Source of the DNA: Marsupella aquatica
Lineage: Eukaryota > Plantae > Marchantiophyta
Assembly: GCA_973895155.1 (NCBI GenBank)
Contig: OZ316897.1
Location: forward strand, 7,492,470-7,556,469
Direction: 5' to 3'
DNA length: 64,000 nucleotides
Below are positions 50,023 through 63,960 of this stretch, one piece after another. The notes beneath the pieces are model-generated. The model did no database searches. It worked only from the letters and a program-made list of their open reading frames with translations, and was not told where the DNA came from. Within the stretch, counting starts at the first letter, position 1. Every line of letters starts with the position of its first letter. A program made the position numbers and the translations under genes.

Positions 50023-50830
50023 GATGCTCCGAGGCGGTCCTCCTGCCTCCCAAGCCACCTTCGAATCTTCTCCTTTGCCACTACTTTGATCAGCTCGTAC
50101 TTGAGTCCAACTGCATTGTGTTCTCTCAGCCACCTTCCTAACAAGATGATGGTATCACAGGAGTCGTAGCTGTTGAACATCACTGCTTTGAAGTACTCAG
50201 AAATCAATCGTTCAATAAGGGAAGTAACATTTAAGAGATGGAAGCAGGGAGTGTGGAATTTCTGGAGCCACATTCCTTGGGCGGAATGGAACCAAACTCG
50301 GCCAGCACGTACCTCAAGTAGTAGACAATGTCCTGGTAAAGTTACAGCATGAACAGAGGTTTCAGTGAGAAATGAAAAATCGGATGCTCCGAGGCGGTCC
50401 TCCTGCCTCCTAGCCACCTTCGAACCCTCTCCTTTGCCACTACTTCGATCAGCTCGTACTTGCTAGACCTGCAAACGAGTCCAACTACATTGTGTTCTCT
50501 CAACCATGTCCCTAACAAGATGATGGTATCACAGGAGTTGTAGCTGTTGAACATCAGTGCTTTGAAGTACTCAGAAATCAATCGTTCAATAAGGGAAGTA
50601 ACATTTAAGAGATGGAAGCAGGGAGCGTGGAATTTCTGGAGCCACATTCCCTGGGCGGAATGGGATCAAACTCGGCCAGCACATACCTCAAGTAGTAGAC
50701 AATGTCCTGGTAAAGTTACAGCATGAACGGAGATTTCAGTGAGAAATGAAAAATCGGATGCTCCGAGGTGGTCCTCCTGCCTCCTAACCAGCTTCGACTT
50801 CTGTTGCTTGCCAAGTCTATTTCGACTTCT
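50023..50830. repeat. 375-bp tandem array, right part (~2 units)
   Basis: Resumes exactly in register after the Sola-like element; one unit has a ~15-bp deletion near 50103. Confidence 0.92.
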
Positions 50831-51004
50831 CTCTTGCAAGGATTCAAAGGAGTGTTCGACCAAGTTTGAGGGTGTGTCATCAGGTTCAATAACTTTAGTA
50901 CATGTGACAAAGTGTTGGCCGCTGATTTTGTTGGCGGCTCATCTCCCTCCTTAGGTTGGGTTGAAATGAATTGAACTCCTGATACGTACGCTTGAAAGCC
51001 CTAG

Positions 51005-52085
51005 AAATAAAAACACATATAAGAAATCTCAATGGGTATGGCTACCTTGTTTGGGAGCCTACTGAAGTTACTTAATTTGTCCTATTGAGATTTTGTGTCT
51101 GTGTTTTTGTTTTGAATTATTTTGTAAGATAACCATAAGGAACATAACCATGAAAGGCTTATTTTACAAGGTTCCTTAGTTTTGGTTACCTTATGTTAAT
51201 TAAAGAACATCACCATCAAACCCAAACCCAACCACCCGACATTAGTGGATATCAATGTCATAAACCCGGAGGACGTTGCAAGAATTTTGTTAGTTAATTA
51301 AGTTCATATCAAACCAAATTAAACTGGTCCTGAAGACCTGGACCCACATATTGGGTATTGGTGAGAGTAAGGACTACCAGAATATATTGTATATAGAAAG
51401 CATGTGCAACTTTGATTTAATTTAATTTAATAATGAGAGTGGTTATGCTTTTGTTTGATTACAATACACTTTTCTTCTATGTGAAAGTGATGTGTCCTTT
51501 GTGACTAGCCCTTAGAGGAAAAGTAACTGGGAAGTCCAATATGGAAGTAAGAACCCAGTATGTTCTTGGTGGATGATCAACAATCCTGGGTCACGTCAAT
51601 CCTATGGTGGAAGAGGTCCAAATTCCATTCACCAATGATGACTACAATAATTTCCCACCGGGATAGAAATTTCCACTTGTACCCAATCTTTATCCTCTGG
51701 TTTTAATTGAGTTGTAGGGTGAGTAGGGAACTGAAGATGCATATGGTTGGCACAATATGCTTGCAGTGATATTTTCAGATTAGAAAAGGGAACAAATATA
51801 ATTGACTTGTTGAGGAAGCACGGGTGGGCAAAGTTTTTATCAAATTTAAGTTTTTGAAAGTATTTAACTAACATTGGGGCACATTTGATTGATTATATTC
51901 TGAACTTTCTTCATATCTCAAGGAAATCATTTTTAGAACATAATTTAATATCTAGAATCAAATCTGAATAAAATTGTTTAACTACTTTAATGAAAAGGTT
52001 CAATCACATAAAAAAATTATTGTCCTTCTTAAAATTTTCCAGGGAACCAAAAGAAACTTGTCGCTACTAGGGAAATAGTTTAGGG
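51005..52085. repeat. ~1.1-kb direct repeat, copy 1 (copy 2 at ~53718-54812)
   Basis: Shared blocks AATCTCAATGGGTATGG, CCCAAACCCAACCACCCGAC, GAGGAAGCACGGGTGGGCA and CCAGGGAACCAAAAGAAACTTG. Confidence 0.85.
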
Positions 52086-53717
52086 TTAGCCAAATTTTTT
52101 GCTTAGCCCTAACCTATTAGCCTTCAATCAATAAATAAAGTGGGTTTATTTATTTGTGGTGTTTGTTGGATTGTTCAGATGACAAGTATAACCACCTTAT
52201 TCTGGTTTCTACATTGGGTGGTTACATCATTCCTGGCATGAGTAATAACATTTGGCATTGCATGGATAAGACACTATATACACCATCCATCTGACTTTTA
52301 CTTCTCTGCTAATGAGGGCCCTCACAACACTACTCCCCAATCCCTGCTTCCATGTATCCCTGACCATGTAGTACTGGAATGTATTTGGGCCAAGATTGCT
52401 TTGGTGTGCGTCATGTGAAGAGATCACATTCTATAGAACTACTAGTGTTGCTTGGAGAGACCTAGTTGATACAAGTGAACATTGGGAAATCTTGTGGCCT
52501 TTACTAATGGCCGGCCATTTGAGTCGGACATTTGATGACCTGGGTTATGATGTAGATGATCTATATATATGATTTTGCTGAGTGTTGGTGATCTCAATGG
52601 ACGGGGTATGGAGGATTAGGGTTTAATTTTGGACAAAAAACATCTTACTTTACATTTGTGTTCTCATGTCATGAGAAACTACTGAGTTTTGCCCTCAGTA
52701 AATACTTGCTATGGGTTGTTGGAATGGTTAAATGTCAGACTATGTGTTGAGTATGTGGAGAACTTCCGCATTGTTACTTACACATATGTTGAGTTTGGTA
52801 TATGAATATTTTGCACATTTTGTAAGTTGGATGTTGGATGTATTTTTTTGCAATGGAGGGTATCCTATGCAATGAATGCAAGAATGGTCTTCCCCACCAC
52901 CACTCCAACTGGGTTCGATGTTTTTAAGAATTCTTGTCCAACAGGTTCCAATTACATGAACATGACCTGGACACATTACATTAGAAGACCTTTAGGAATA
53001 CCCATAGAACCATCTATATCAAAATAATGTCTTTGTAGCCTCTTAAACCTCCAGCCTGCTTTTGCCTCATACTCGATCATGTAAAGCTCCATCAAATTCA
53101 TCCCAAGTAAACTTTCTGCATCTCTTTATGTCATCCATAGACCCATTCTGTAGTTCCTCGCGTATTTCTGTTGAATCTCATTAGTGTCAGCAGAGCTTCA
53201 TCCATTAGAGACCCAAGGTTCTTAAGTTCTATCCAGGCTTCCACTGGTTTTACCTTAACTCCAAAATATTTTAACTAGTAGCCTGGCCCAAAACTTCAAT
53301 AATAACTAATGTATTTGCACATGATGGCTCGGTGGTAGTCCCATTTCAATTTGAAAATGTAGCACGTAGATAAATGGAAATGGATTGGACTAACCCAAAT
53401 AAATGAGATGAAGTTTAGCTACATGTGACTACTGATCTTCAAGCACTCAACAGTCAATTGTAAGTTTACAAAATTGGTCCTCTTTGCCACAAATGGGTCT
53501 CTTGAGAATATACAGCGTAGGGTATGTATAATGCATGATAATCAATTTAGTATAACTTGAATATAAGGATAAATCAACACATACTAACAAATGAGCGGCA
53601 AGATTGAAAAATAAATGATTTGAAGGGGGTTCTTGAAAAGTTAATGAAATATTAAGAGAGTGGAGGTTAATACGAAAGACCAAAAATACAAAGGATACAT
53701 CTTGTCTAAACTAATTC

Positions 53718-54812
53718 AAAACAAAAACACATATGAGGAATCTCAATGGGTATGGTTACCTTGTTTTGGAGCCTACTCAAGTTACTTAATTTGTCTTATT
53801 GAGATTTTTTATATGTGTTTTTGGTTTGACTTATTTTATAAGATAACCATATGGAACATAACCATGAAAGGCTTCTTTTACAAGGTTTCCTATGGTTACC
53901 TTATGTTCAGTAAAGAACATAACCATCAAACCCAAACCCAACCACCCGACAATTAGTGGATATCAACGTCATAAACCCGGAGGACGTTGCAAAATTTTTG
54001 TGACAAGTTAACATTAAGATTATATTACATAGAAAGGGCCAAACAAAGTACCACAAAGAGCAAACAAAATTTGTCAAGATGGTACAAAGGCAAAAGAAGC
54101 CTATGCAACATTGAATTATTTTTAAATATATAAATGAGAGTGGTTCTGTTGTTGTTTGATTACACTTTCCTTTTATGTGAAAGTGATGCGTCCTTAGTGA
54201 CTGGCCTTTAGAGAAAAACTAACAGGGAAGTTCAATATGGAAGTAAGAACCCAGTTGTTCATGGCGGATGATCAACAATGCTGGGTCGCTTGGCGGATGA
54301 TCAACAATGTTGGGTCGCTACAATCCTATGGTGAAACCCAAATTCCATTCACCACTGATGACTACAATAATTTCCATTCACCACTCACGACTATAATAAT
54401 TTTGTTTTCCATGGTACCCAATCTTTATCCTCTGGTTTTAATTTGAGTTGTAGGGTGAGTAGGGGGCTGAAAATGCATATGGTTGGCACAATATAGTTGC
54501 AGTGTTTTTCTCAGATTAGAAAAGGGAACAAATATAATTGACTTGTTGAGGAAGCACGGGTGGGCACAGTTTTTATCAAATTTAAGTTTTGAAAGTGTTT
54601 AACTATTATTGGGGCACATTTGATTGATTACATTCTGAACTTTCTTGATATCTCAAGGAAATCATTTTTAGAACATAATTTAATATCTAGAATCAAATCT
54701 GAATAGAATAGTTTAAATATTTTAATAAAAAGGTTCAATCACATCAAAAAAAGTTCTTGTCCTTCTGAAAATTTTCCAGGGAACCAAAAGAAACTTGTTG
54801 CTAGCAGTTTAG
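53718..54812. repeat. ~1.1-kb direct repeat, copy 2
   Basis: Matches 51005-52085. Confidence 0.85.
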
Positions 54813-56649
54813 GAAAAAACTGCACATCTAAACTAAGAAAATGTAGTTACCTGCATGTGTCATCCTTCATCAGTAGACATGAAGCAGTATAGCAAGGTTG
54901 AGCTTCCACTTTGACCCTTATCATGTTGTGGCAGTTTTGTTTTCATTTTGCTGTAGGTCTTACAAGATGTGGCAAATTAAGGGCCTCTCTAATTCATTTG
55001 AGAGGTCTTCATTGGCAACATGAAGGTAGAGGTCATGGCATCACATTAAACACACATCCACATCAATGACTGTATTATTTTCATTTGACTCTCAATCCCT
55101 ATTTTTAGCAACTAAAGAGTGCATGGCTGGAAATTGCAACCTATAAGCACTATTGTAAGCTAACTAGGCAAGGAGCACTATTTGTGGGCAGACAACCTCA
55201 AGAGCTAGGGATTAGAAAAGTTCTTTAAGTTGTGTGGACTGTTAATGTCCCATGGCCAAAAAAGATCAGCAATTGCTTATCACCCTTCTTAGTGTTACTG
55301 GAATTGATGGCAACTTGCTAGATGGGCTTTGAGAGTCATCTTTTTTTCCATGGAACATGCTGCATGGCTTGTTGATTGCTGATTTTATTTATAGATGTGA
55401 GTTCCATCTTTAAGCCACTCAAAACTTGATAAACCATTAATTTCATCATACTTTCTTCTTCCACGGGAATGACCACCAAGTTTTAGCACATATTTGTTGA
55501 TATTTATTTTTGATAACATATAATAACAATAAATACCAAGGTAGCACACACATGGACTAAGTACTTTAATTTTGCAACATATAGGCCATTGAGGTGTGTT
55601 TCAAGACATCTCCTGGTTGGCTTTAGGTAGACGGCCCGGGAAGATGAGAAGTAGTGAATTAGTGAATTGGAATCAATATCATGTTGCATCCATATATCAT
55701 GTGTAACCGTGTTGAAAGACCAAGAAATTGACTGAACAAAAGGAAAAGATAACTCTGACTTGAGCTAGTACTCATAGATGAAGGAAAACTTTGGGAATTG
55801 GGGTCAATATTTAGGCCTATTTTGGAACTCTTGTTGTCAGTAGATCTAAGACACTTCACACTTTAGTTCAAACCTTTAGCATAAATTATGCATTAATATG
55901 TTGTATGAAATGAGGAGTGTAGAGGCATGTCTCTTAGCTCTCTATAGGCCAAATGACAACCCTAGGCCTCTAAGGATGTCAGAAGCATGCAAGACTCCTT
56001 TTCAAAAAATTTTGTGTTAGTGTTAATTTTGAATCGCACATTGCATATGAAAGAGGCTGGCCATTAATAGCCCCTTTTGTTTTTTTGTCTCGATCCCAAT
56101 GGGTTCTAAGTATTTACATTCTATCAATTGGCATTTTCAGAAACTTACAAGTTTTCAACAACAGATTAATTTTGGTCTAAGCAAGCCTTGATATATCATC
56201 CCATGATATATCATAAATTTACAAGACATCAAATTGTTAATTTAATTTTATCTTAATTTTTAATTATCAAAAAATAATTTATTTATTTATATTTATTGTG
56301 TAACTAAGTTTTCATTGCAGTTATGAAATATAGGCTGGGAGGCATTAAATCTAAAAAAATATTGAGCACAGAGTGGCATTTTTCCTTTGCTATACAATTC
56401 ATTCATTTTTCATTCAATCTATAATACTCTAAGGTAAAAGTATCGCACAATCATATCGTCAAGTACTATGCTGACACCAAATTTAATTGTGCAGTTCCAC
56501 AAGATTCCTGAAATTCTTTCAACCGTACTACTGTAGGTATTGCCACGGATAATGTGCATGAAGAAACCGGCAAATTAATGACAAATAATGTGCATTAATA
56601 GGCGGCTAGAACATCTAGTACACAACACCTCAGTCACTTGGAATTCAGC

Positions 56650-58950
56650 CTCCAGTTGTGGCATCATCCATGGCTCAGATCCTGCCAGATGGAGTTCAAA
56701 CCATTTTTACACGCACCCCACTCAAAGTTGTCGTTAAGTTGCTGCTATTTAGATTCAGGGAGATGCATCCCTGTTTTGTCATTAAATGCACCTCGGGTAT
56801 CCTCCACACCCCACGGGAAGTTTCTCTTCATTTTTGTGTCACACTTCAGTTTCAGGCCAGCCTTTTTGGGTCCCCTCCCTGCCCCTCCCCATCCCATGTC
56901 TGGGCAGCCCTTAAACCCCGCCCTTCCTGTTGCCAGCAAAACACTTGATGGGGCCCTCTAGGTAAACATATTCTTGACGAGCCCCTAACTTTTTACTTTC
57001 CATTTCTCAGGACCTGTGTCATTATTTTTTCCATTTTTTAATTGTTACATAACGATGTAGTGTGTAGAAGCAATTTCAATGTAAACTACTCTTGTTTGAA
57101 AATAAATATATCCTCTTATAAAGTATGTATGAATTATTTAGCCCTTGTCACTCGAACCATATACATTATTTTTCATGTTCTCCAGGTATGAGGGTATGTG
57201 TCTCTTTGATAGTACCCTGTAGACTAGAGTCTTGGTTGACTATGATGGTTTTGCATAAGCTAATGCAAATAGGCAGGATTTGGGAGTGAAGCGGCATGCT
57301 GAACTTGTCAATGTCTTCATAGTTTTTAAAGATTGGACTAGTGGTCACAGGGCGTGATACGCAAAGTGAATGTTTTTTAGTGTCCCTTTGAGTAAACGTA
57401 GAGAGGTGAATTGAGATATGATTTTGATTGCTAAAATAACATCAAGCTAGGAAATGCTCACGTCTAACATGAATATTTCCAAAAAGAAAATTGGCAAATA
57501 GTATCAAAGAATTCTTTAAGTAATGCGTGATTTATTTGAAAGAAAACAACTTTTAAAAAACACCACCTGGATAGCACCCAAAACCATTGGTCCTTCTTAT
57601 GAAACTTCAGGTAAGACTATGCTTTGGAGAAATACTTTCAGGTATGAGTAATTCCAAAACATTGAGAGGGAACAACTAAAGAGAGTAAACATTACTTAAC
57701 TTAAGTACTACAGTTTCCCTTGCATAAGTATTTCAAAACATGAAAAAAATGAATATGAGAGTGACAAGGCTAAATACTTAGCACATACTTTACATATTTA
57801 TTTTCAAGTACACTGAAAATTGCTTCTAGACAATCCATCTGGTCGACTGAAGTAGATAACTGTATGGTTATATTATAATTAAAAAATGGAAAAAATAATG
57901 ACACAGGTCTTGAGAAAGGGTTGTCGGGACAAGGGGCCCCATTAAGTATATTTGAAAAGTGAGGGGCTCATGGGGAATATCTGGGCCATCAAGTATTTTG
58001 ATGTCATGCTGCTGACTTTTTGTTGAGTAGAGGTGGTGAACTAACTTGCCTCCAATCACGCCAAGGAGTGTTCATGCAAGCATCTATTTTCTACTCAATG
58101 CGATCGTTTCCTCTTTCCCTTATCCCCTTTCTATTTCTTTCCCCAATTTTTTTTGTTGCAACAAGGCGCTTTTTGTGATCCTTTAGTTTCTGCCGTGAAA
58201 TTACTTTTTTGTCTTTTCCCAACTCCATTTCTCAACCAAACCAGGCTTTTTTGACATCCTTTGATGCCAGAAATTTTTGTCTGTAGGATCTGTAGTTATT
58301 TGAGTCATTTTTGCAGTTTTTTTGGACTCAGGCTTATTTTGGCTCTTTCATCTTGCAGAGGTTAGGCTAATGTTTCACCCCTTTATTGAGTCTCTTGCCT
58401 TTGGTATCCTGTTTCCTGGTTTGACATTTTTTATTCTTTGGAAATGTGACATTTACATTCTCTTTCAACCAGATAATTCTTTTCTGGGTTGAAATCTGAG
58501 ACAATTTTAGTTTATTGCAACCCACAAAAGAGACCTCAATGCAACCAGACTCTTTTGGCATCCTTGAAGTCCTGCCTGAAATTTATGTTTTGGATGAGCG
58601 GGTTTTAGTTCTTCTTGCCATTGGTGGCTACTTTGCCTTATTTGGCTCTTTGGTCTTGGGTTTTATTCCCATGTTTCAAACTTTCAAAATACATAGGAAA
58701 TCTGACAAACTACCAGAGAGCGGGCCAGAGAACCCATTAAAAAAAACTAGAAATAAAGGGGCTACCAAAAGCATGGGGCTTTAAGGGCTGCCCAGACATG
58801 GGATGGGCAGGGGCAAGGAGGGGACCCAAAAGGCTGGTCTGAAACTGAAGTGTGACACATAAATGAAGAGAAGCTTCCGGTGGGGTGTGGGGGGTAACCG
58901 AGGTGCATTTAATAACAAAATAGGGATGCATCTCCCTAACTTGAAAATAA
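56650..58950. mobile_element. non-autonomous foldback/long-TIR element, copy 1
   Basis: 56750-56925 is the reverse complement of 58775-58940. A second inverted pair lies at 56930-57110 and 57795-58000. The interior is shared with 62600-63715. Confidence 0.6.
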
Positions 58951-58965
58951 TATTCATGGAGACTA

Positions 58966-61637
58966 CACTGATTACCGTAATTAGTATCACACACAATATT
59001 TACGAACAAAGGTTTTTGAAGGATATCACCATAATTAATGTGTGTGAGACTATATAAGAAGTGAGAGTAAATACATGTTATTCTAAATTAAAGTAAGGGA
59101 GATTATTTTTGGTGACCCACAAATAGTGTGTGATGAATACTCAATTAATGTGTGTAACTTATGAATTTTTCCAGCCAGTAAGATGTATTTGCAAGGGCAT
59201 ATAAAATCAAAACATTATTTATTAAAATCAGGTTAGGAATACAATCAAAATCTTACTATGACAATTGACTAAACTCCCTACTCATACTCCTGTAATCCAA
59301 GTCTACTCCAATCCATTTCCAGATCCAGAATTGTCATGTCCAGATTCATCATCTTGTGATCCAAAATCATTGCCTTCAGACTCAGAATCCACAGGCGGTC
59401 CTCTTTTGAATCAGAATCAGTACTACTAATCTGTGGTGAAATTACAGGAACAATGTCAATCTCTGTATCTTGATCAGGTACATGTCCCATACAAGGCACA
59501 GGTGTGTCTTCAAAATGAATCCTGTATTTTTGAATCAAATTTTGAAGATCTAGATTCAATTGTTGTTCATGCCACACTCCATTGATATCAAGGGAAAGAC
59601 CACAACGAATCATAGCCTTCCTTGCATATGTTATACCAGTGTGCTTGTCTCATTGTTGATTGACCTTCTGTACAGATGTTGCAGCAAGCTTTAAGAAAAA
59701 TCTTTTGCCAGGATTCTTCACTGCTCCAGAATTCTGCCCACTGCTTCGACCAGAATTTTGAAATCCATTTCCACTCATGATCGTCTTCAACTTGTGCTTC
59801 TCCCAGGCATCTGTCCACGCATCCTTGATCTTGGAGATCACAAATGAATCACAAATGAATCACATCAGTGGAGCATTGAGGTAAGTTGCGTATGGTAGCA
59901 TTCAATCTCTGCAACGTGGTGAAAGATGCTTCTGTATAGTCATGGCCCTTGAAATTGTCGACAAAAATCACTCTCGTTTGCCCACCTTGAAGATTGGTGA
60001 CTTGGCAGCGCGGTTCATTCAACCATTGATTCCAGACAGCTCTCGTCATGAAACCATTCTTTGCAGATCTGTAAGCAACACCAGGAATTGTATCCTCCAC
60101 ATTCCTAATAGGATAAGAGCAACGATCATTCTGGAAAACAATCATAGGAACCTCTATGATAGATCGAGACCCTCCAGTGAGACGTACGGTCATGGTCATG
60201 CCTTGCCCACCAGAAACTACATCTGCATACTTGACATTGTCATCACCACAAAATCCCAGTGTCTTGCCATTGTCAATGTTGACAATGAAATGAGTTTCGT
60301 CAACATTTTCAACAAGGTCTTCATTTAGGGTCCCTGCTTCAAACTCTCTCTTGAGTTGTCCCAAATGGAAAGCGATCTCTTTATCTATGTGCTCTTGCTT
60401 CTCTGCACTCACCATCAGTTTCCCTGTTTGTGCCCTGCCAACAATGTTGCACTTCCCCATAAATCTCTGAATCCAGCGAAGTGTAATCTTCTCTGAGATA
60501 GGAATTCCTCCTGATAGAAATGTTGAAGAGAATTGCGGATGAGTTGATTCGTCAAGCACTTGCTTTGCCAACTGCTGCAAAAGCTTCGGTGAAAATTTCA
60601 CTCCTGCCTTTCATAATCGATTGAACTCGTCCACAATAGAGTGGTATAACCACGTAACCCAATCCTCTGTCTTCCTGCCTCGACCTTCTCTTGCCTTTCG
60701 CAACATCTTTCGAATGATTCCATCCTTACGAACATTGATGGATATGTCTCTCTTTGCTAATTTGCAACCAAATTGCTTGATTCTTCCACCAATCTGCAGC
60801 CTTCTTGAGATTTGCATTCTCACTACCTCGAAATAACGCTGTGAACTCCTTAACAGTCCTTGAACACAGTCCAGCTTGGCCATTCGCCTCTCTATCTTGC
60901 CTCATCCACAAAACGACCTTCTTACAATCTTGCATGGTCACGACGTACTGAGGTGCTCTCTTACGCTTTGTCTGGACAACTTCTGTACGTGCAACTGATC
61001 GATCTAGAGAAAGAGCTTCAGGTAATGAGTTTTCTGGAACATCTTCGACAAGCTCTGCAGGTTGTGTCGAAACTCCAGTCCTCCCTATGTTCCTCACTCT
61101 AAGTCGAGATCGAGCAAATGCAGATATTAGAGGCGATGCAGAATGGAAATCCATTGTGGAGAATGCTGCGATGCAGAAACTTGAGAAAACACACAGAAAT
61201 TTGGCGAGAATGTTATGAGATTGGTAAACAAGTTTTGGGAAGTGTTTAGGTCACGGATAGGGCCGGCCAAGGGTTGGGATGGTCGAGGGGAGTGTAGGGC
61301 AGAAGTTTGGCGGAAATTTAGGCAAAGTTGTGGTTGGGAGTGAGTGCCGCTTGCTCCACCAGTGCTGCCTATAGTTTGGTCCCAAGTTTGACCCTGGTTT
61401 TGTAAAAGTCAGCCATCAGTTTGCAAAGAAGCATTCCTTTATACTCTCACATGAAAACAAAAACTGTTGTCTTAAAAAGTGTACTGTAGTGATCTTTTTT
61501 ATTAATGTATAGGAGATTAATAAGGAACTTAGTTTTTATATTTTTTGGAGCTTTGTCATCACACCCTTAATAGTGTGTGTGAGACTATTTATGCAAGGAG
61601 ACTAAATAAGTTATGATACTAATTACGGTAAACAGTG
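58966..61637. mobile_element. pogo/Tc1-mariner superfamily DNA transposon, 2672 bp, TA TSD
   Basis: TIR CACTG(A/T)TTACCGTAATTAGTATCA (24 bp, 1 mismatch). TA at 58964-58965 and 61638-61639. Confidence 0.9.
59278..61154 (-). pseudogene. pogo-like DDE_1 transposase, frameshifted
   Basis: GRGRKTEDWVTWLY, ITLRWIQRFM (CENP-B-like HTH), ENVDETHF, RVIFVDNFKGH, NLPQCSTD, DSFVISKIKDAW. Spread over several frames; an 11-bp duplication at ~59837-59865 lies near the third catalytic Asp. Confidence 0.85.
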
Positions 61638-61639
61638 TA

Positions 61640-63960
61640 GTCCCTGTTTTGTCATTAAATGCACCTCTGTTCTCCCCCACACCCCATCGGAAGACCCTCC
61701 TCATTTTTGTGTCACAATTCAGTTTCAGGCCAGCCTTTTTGGGTTCCCTCGTTGCCCCTGCCCATCCCATGCCTGGGCAGCCCTTAAAATCACACCCTTC
61801 CTGCCCAACACCCCACCTGAAGACTCTCCTCATTTTTGTGTCACAAGTCAGTTTTAGGGCAACCTTTTTGGGTTCCCTCGCTGCCCCTGCCCATCCCATG
61901 CCTGGGCAGACCTTAAAACCCCACCCTTCCTGCTGCTGACTGTTTGTTGAGTAGGGGTGGTGAACAAAGTTGCCATGACACCAAGGAGTGTTTATGGCAA
62001 GCATCTACTCTTTCCCTTATCCCCTTTCTATGTCTTTCCCCAATTTCTCCAAAGAATAGTCTTACGTGAACTTTAGTAAGGTGAACCAATGGTTTGGGTG
62101 AGAATCCGGGTGCCTCGCCGGTGCTATTTGGGTGCTATTTATTAAAATTTGTTTTTTGCAGTTAAATCAAGTGGCCCTTAAACAATTCATTGATGCTATT
62201 TTGCCAAAAAACCTTTGTGGAAATATTCATGTTAGACTTGAGCATCTCGTTGGTGTTATTTTTGTGAAAGTTTTTTTCAGATGTGAGCACCTAGCTAGAG
62301 CATTTCAGGCAATTTACACAATGTCACTTAAATGGTAATTTTTATTGTTTAGCTTAGTACACAATGCACTAATTGAATTCACAAGGCATCAATTGAATTC
62401 ATAAAAATGAGCATTAGGATGCACATAGTAACAAATGTAAAAGCAGTTATATGACCTTAAAATTTGAGCTCAATGTTGGTGAAACAACCACAAAATTAGC
62501 TATCAAAATCATATCACAATTCACGTCTCTATGTTTACTCAAAGTGACACAAAAGAAACTTTCACAAAAAGAACTTGGTGTGTTTAGGAAATACTCACGT
62601 TGGACTCCTTTTTTTTGGCAAAATAGCATCAAAGAATTGTTTAAATCACACGTGATTTATTTGCAGAAAACAAATTTTTAAAAATAGTACCCAAAACCAT
62701 TGACTCGCCTTACTAAAGTTCAGGTAAGACTATGCTTTGGAGAAATACTTTCAGGTGTGAGTACTGCCAAAAACTTTGAGATGGAATACCTAAAGAGAGT
62801 ACATATTAGGTACCTTAAAGTAGTACTTACCTTGCACAAGTATTTCAAAACATGAAAAAAATGAATATGGTAGTGATAAGGGCTAAATACTTTGTACATA
62901 TGTTATCTATTTATTTTAAGCAAGTGTACACTTAAAATTGCTTCTAGAGAGTACATTTGGTGGACTGATGTAGATAATTGTAGGATTATGTTACAATTAA
63001 AAAATGCAGAAAAGACTCACACAGGTCATGAGAAAGGGTTGCAGGGACAAGGGGCCCCATTAAGTATATTTGAAAAGTGAGGGGCTAGTCATGATTATCT
63101 TCACCTAGAGGGGACCCATCAAGTATTTTGCTGGCACTTTTTGTGATCGTTTAGTTTCTGCCGTGAAATTCCTTTCTTTGTCTTTTCTCAACTCCATTTC
63201 TCAACCAAACCAGACTTTTTGACATCCTTTGATTCATGCCAGAAAGTTTTGTCTGTAGGGTTGTAGTTATTTTAGTCATTTTTGCAGTTGTTTGGACTTC
63301 TTATTTTGGCTCTTTAATCTTACAGAGGTTAGGCTAATGTTTTCACCCCATTATTGAGTCACTTGCCTTTGGTATCCTGTTTCCTGGTTTGACATTTTTT
63401 GTTCTTTGGAAATGTCACATATACATTCTCCTTCAACCAGATAGTTCTTTTCTGGAATCTGAGATAATTTTGTTCCTACAAAAGAGACCTCAATGCAACC
63501 ACACTCAATGCTGAGAGGAATTCCTGCCTGAAAAAAAAATTGTAGGGAGGGTTTAGTTCTTCTTGCAATTGGTGACTACTCTCGCCTTATTTGGCTCTTT
63601 GGTCTTGGGTTTTATTTCCATGTTTCAAACTTTCAAAAAATACAGTCAGAAAAATCTGACTAATGATCAGAGAGCGGGCCAGAGAACCCATTATTTAAAA
63701 TAGAAATAAAGGGGTTACCAAAAAGGGCGAGGTTTTAAGGGCTGCCCAATTAAGCATGGGATGGGCAGGGGCAGCCAGGGGACCCAAAAAAGCTGGCCTG
63801 AAAAAAGTGGGACACAAAAACGAGGAGAGTCTTCCGGTGAGGTGTGGGGGAAAACCAAGATGCATTTAATGACAAAACAGGGACTCGTCTCCCTGAATAA
63901 AATAATTGACAAGAGTGGGGCGCACAAAGTGAGCAATGGACAATGGCACCAACAACAAGG
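61640..63960. mobile_element. non-autonomous foldback/long-TIR element, copy 2 (left TIR interrupted by the pogo element)
   Basis: 61640-61800 (with a tandem repeat at 61800-61930) is inverted relative to 63725-63895. Internal inverted pair 62045-62215 and 62610-62745. Confidence 0.6.

Noticed and set aside
50995-51005. CTAG as a Helitron 3' end
   Set aside because: No GC-rich subterminal hairpin, not followed by T, and no Rep/Hel gene.
52860-55700. Possible decayed gene or hAT fragments (52860-53280 and 54850-55700)
   Set aside because: Only vague motif resemblance, with many stops.
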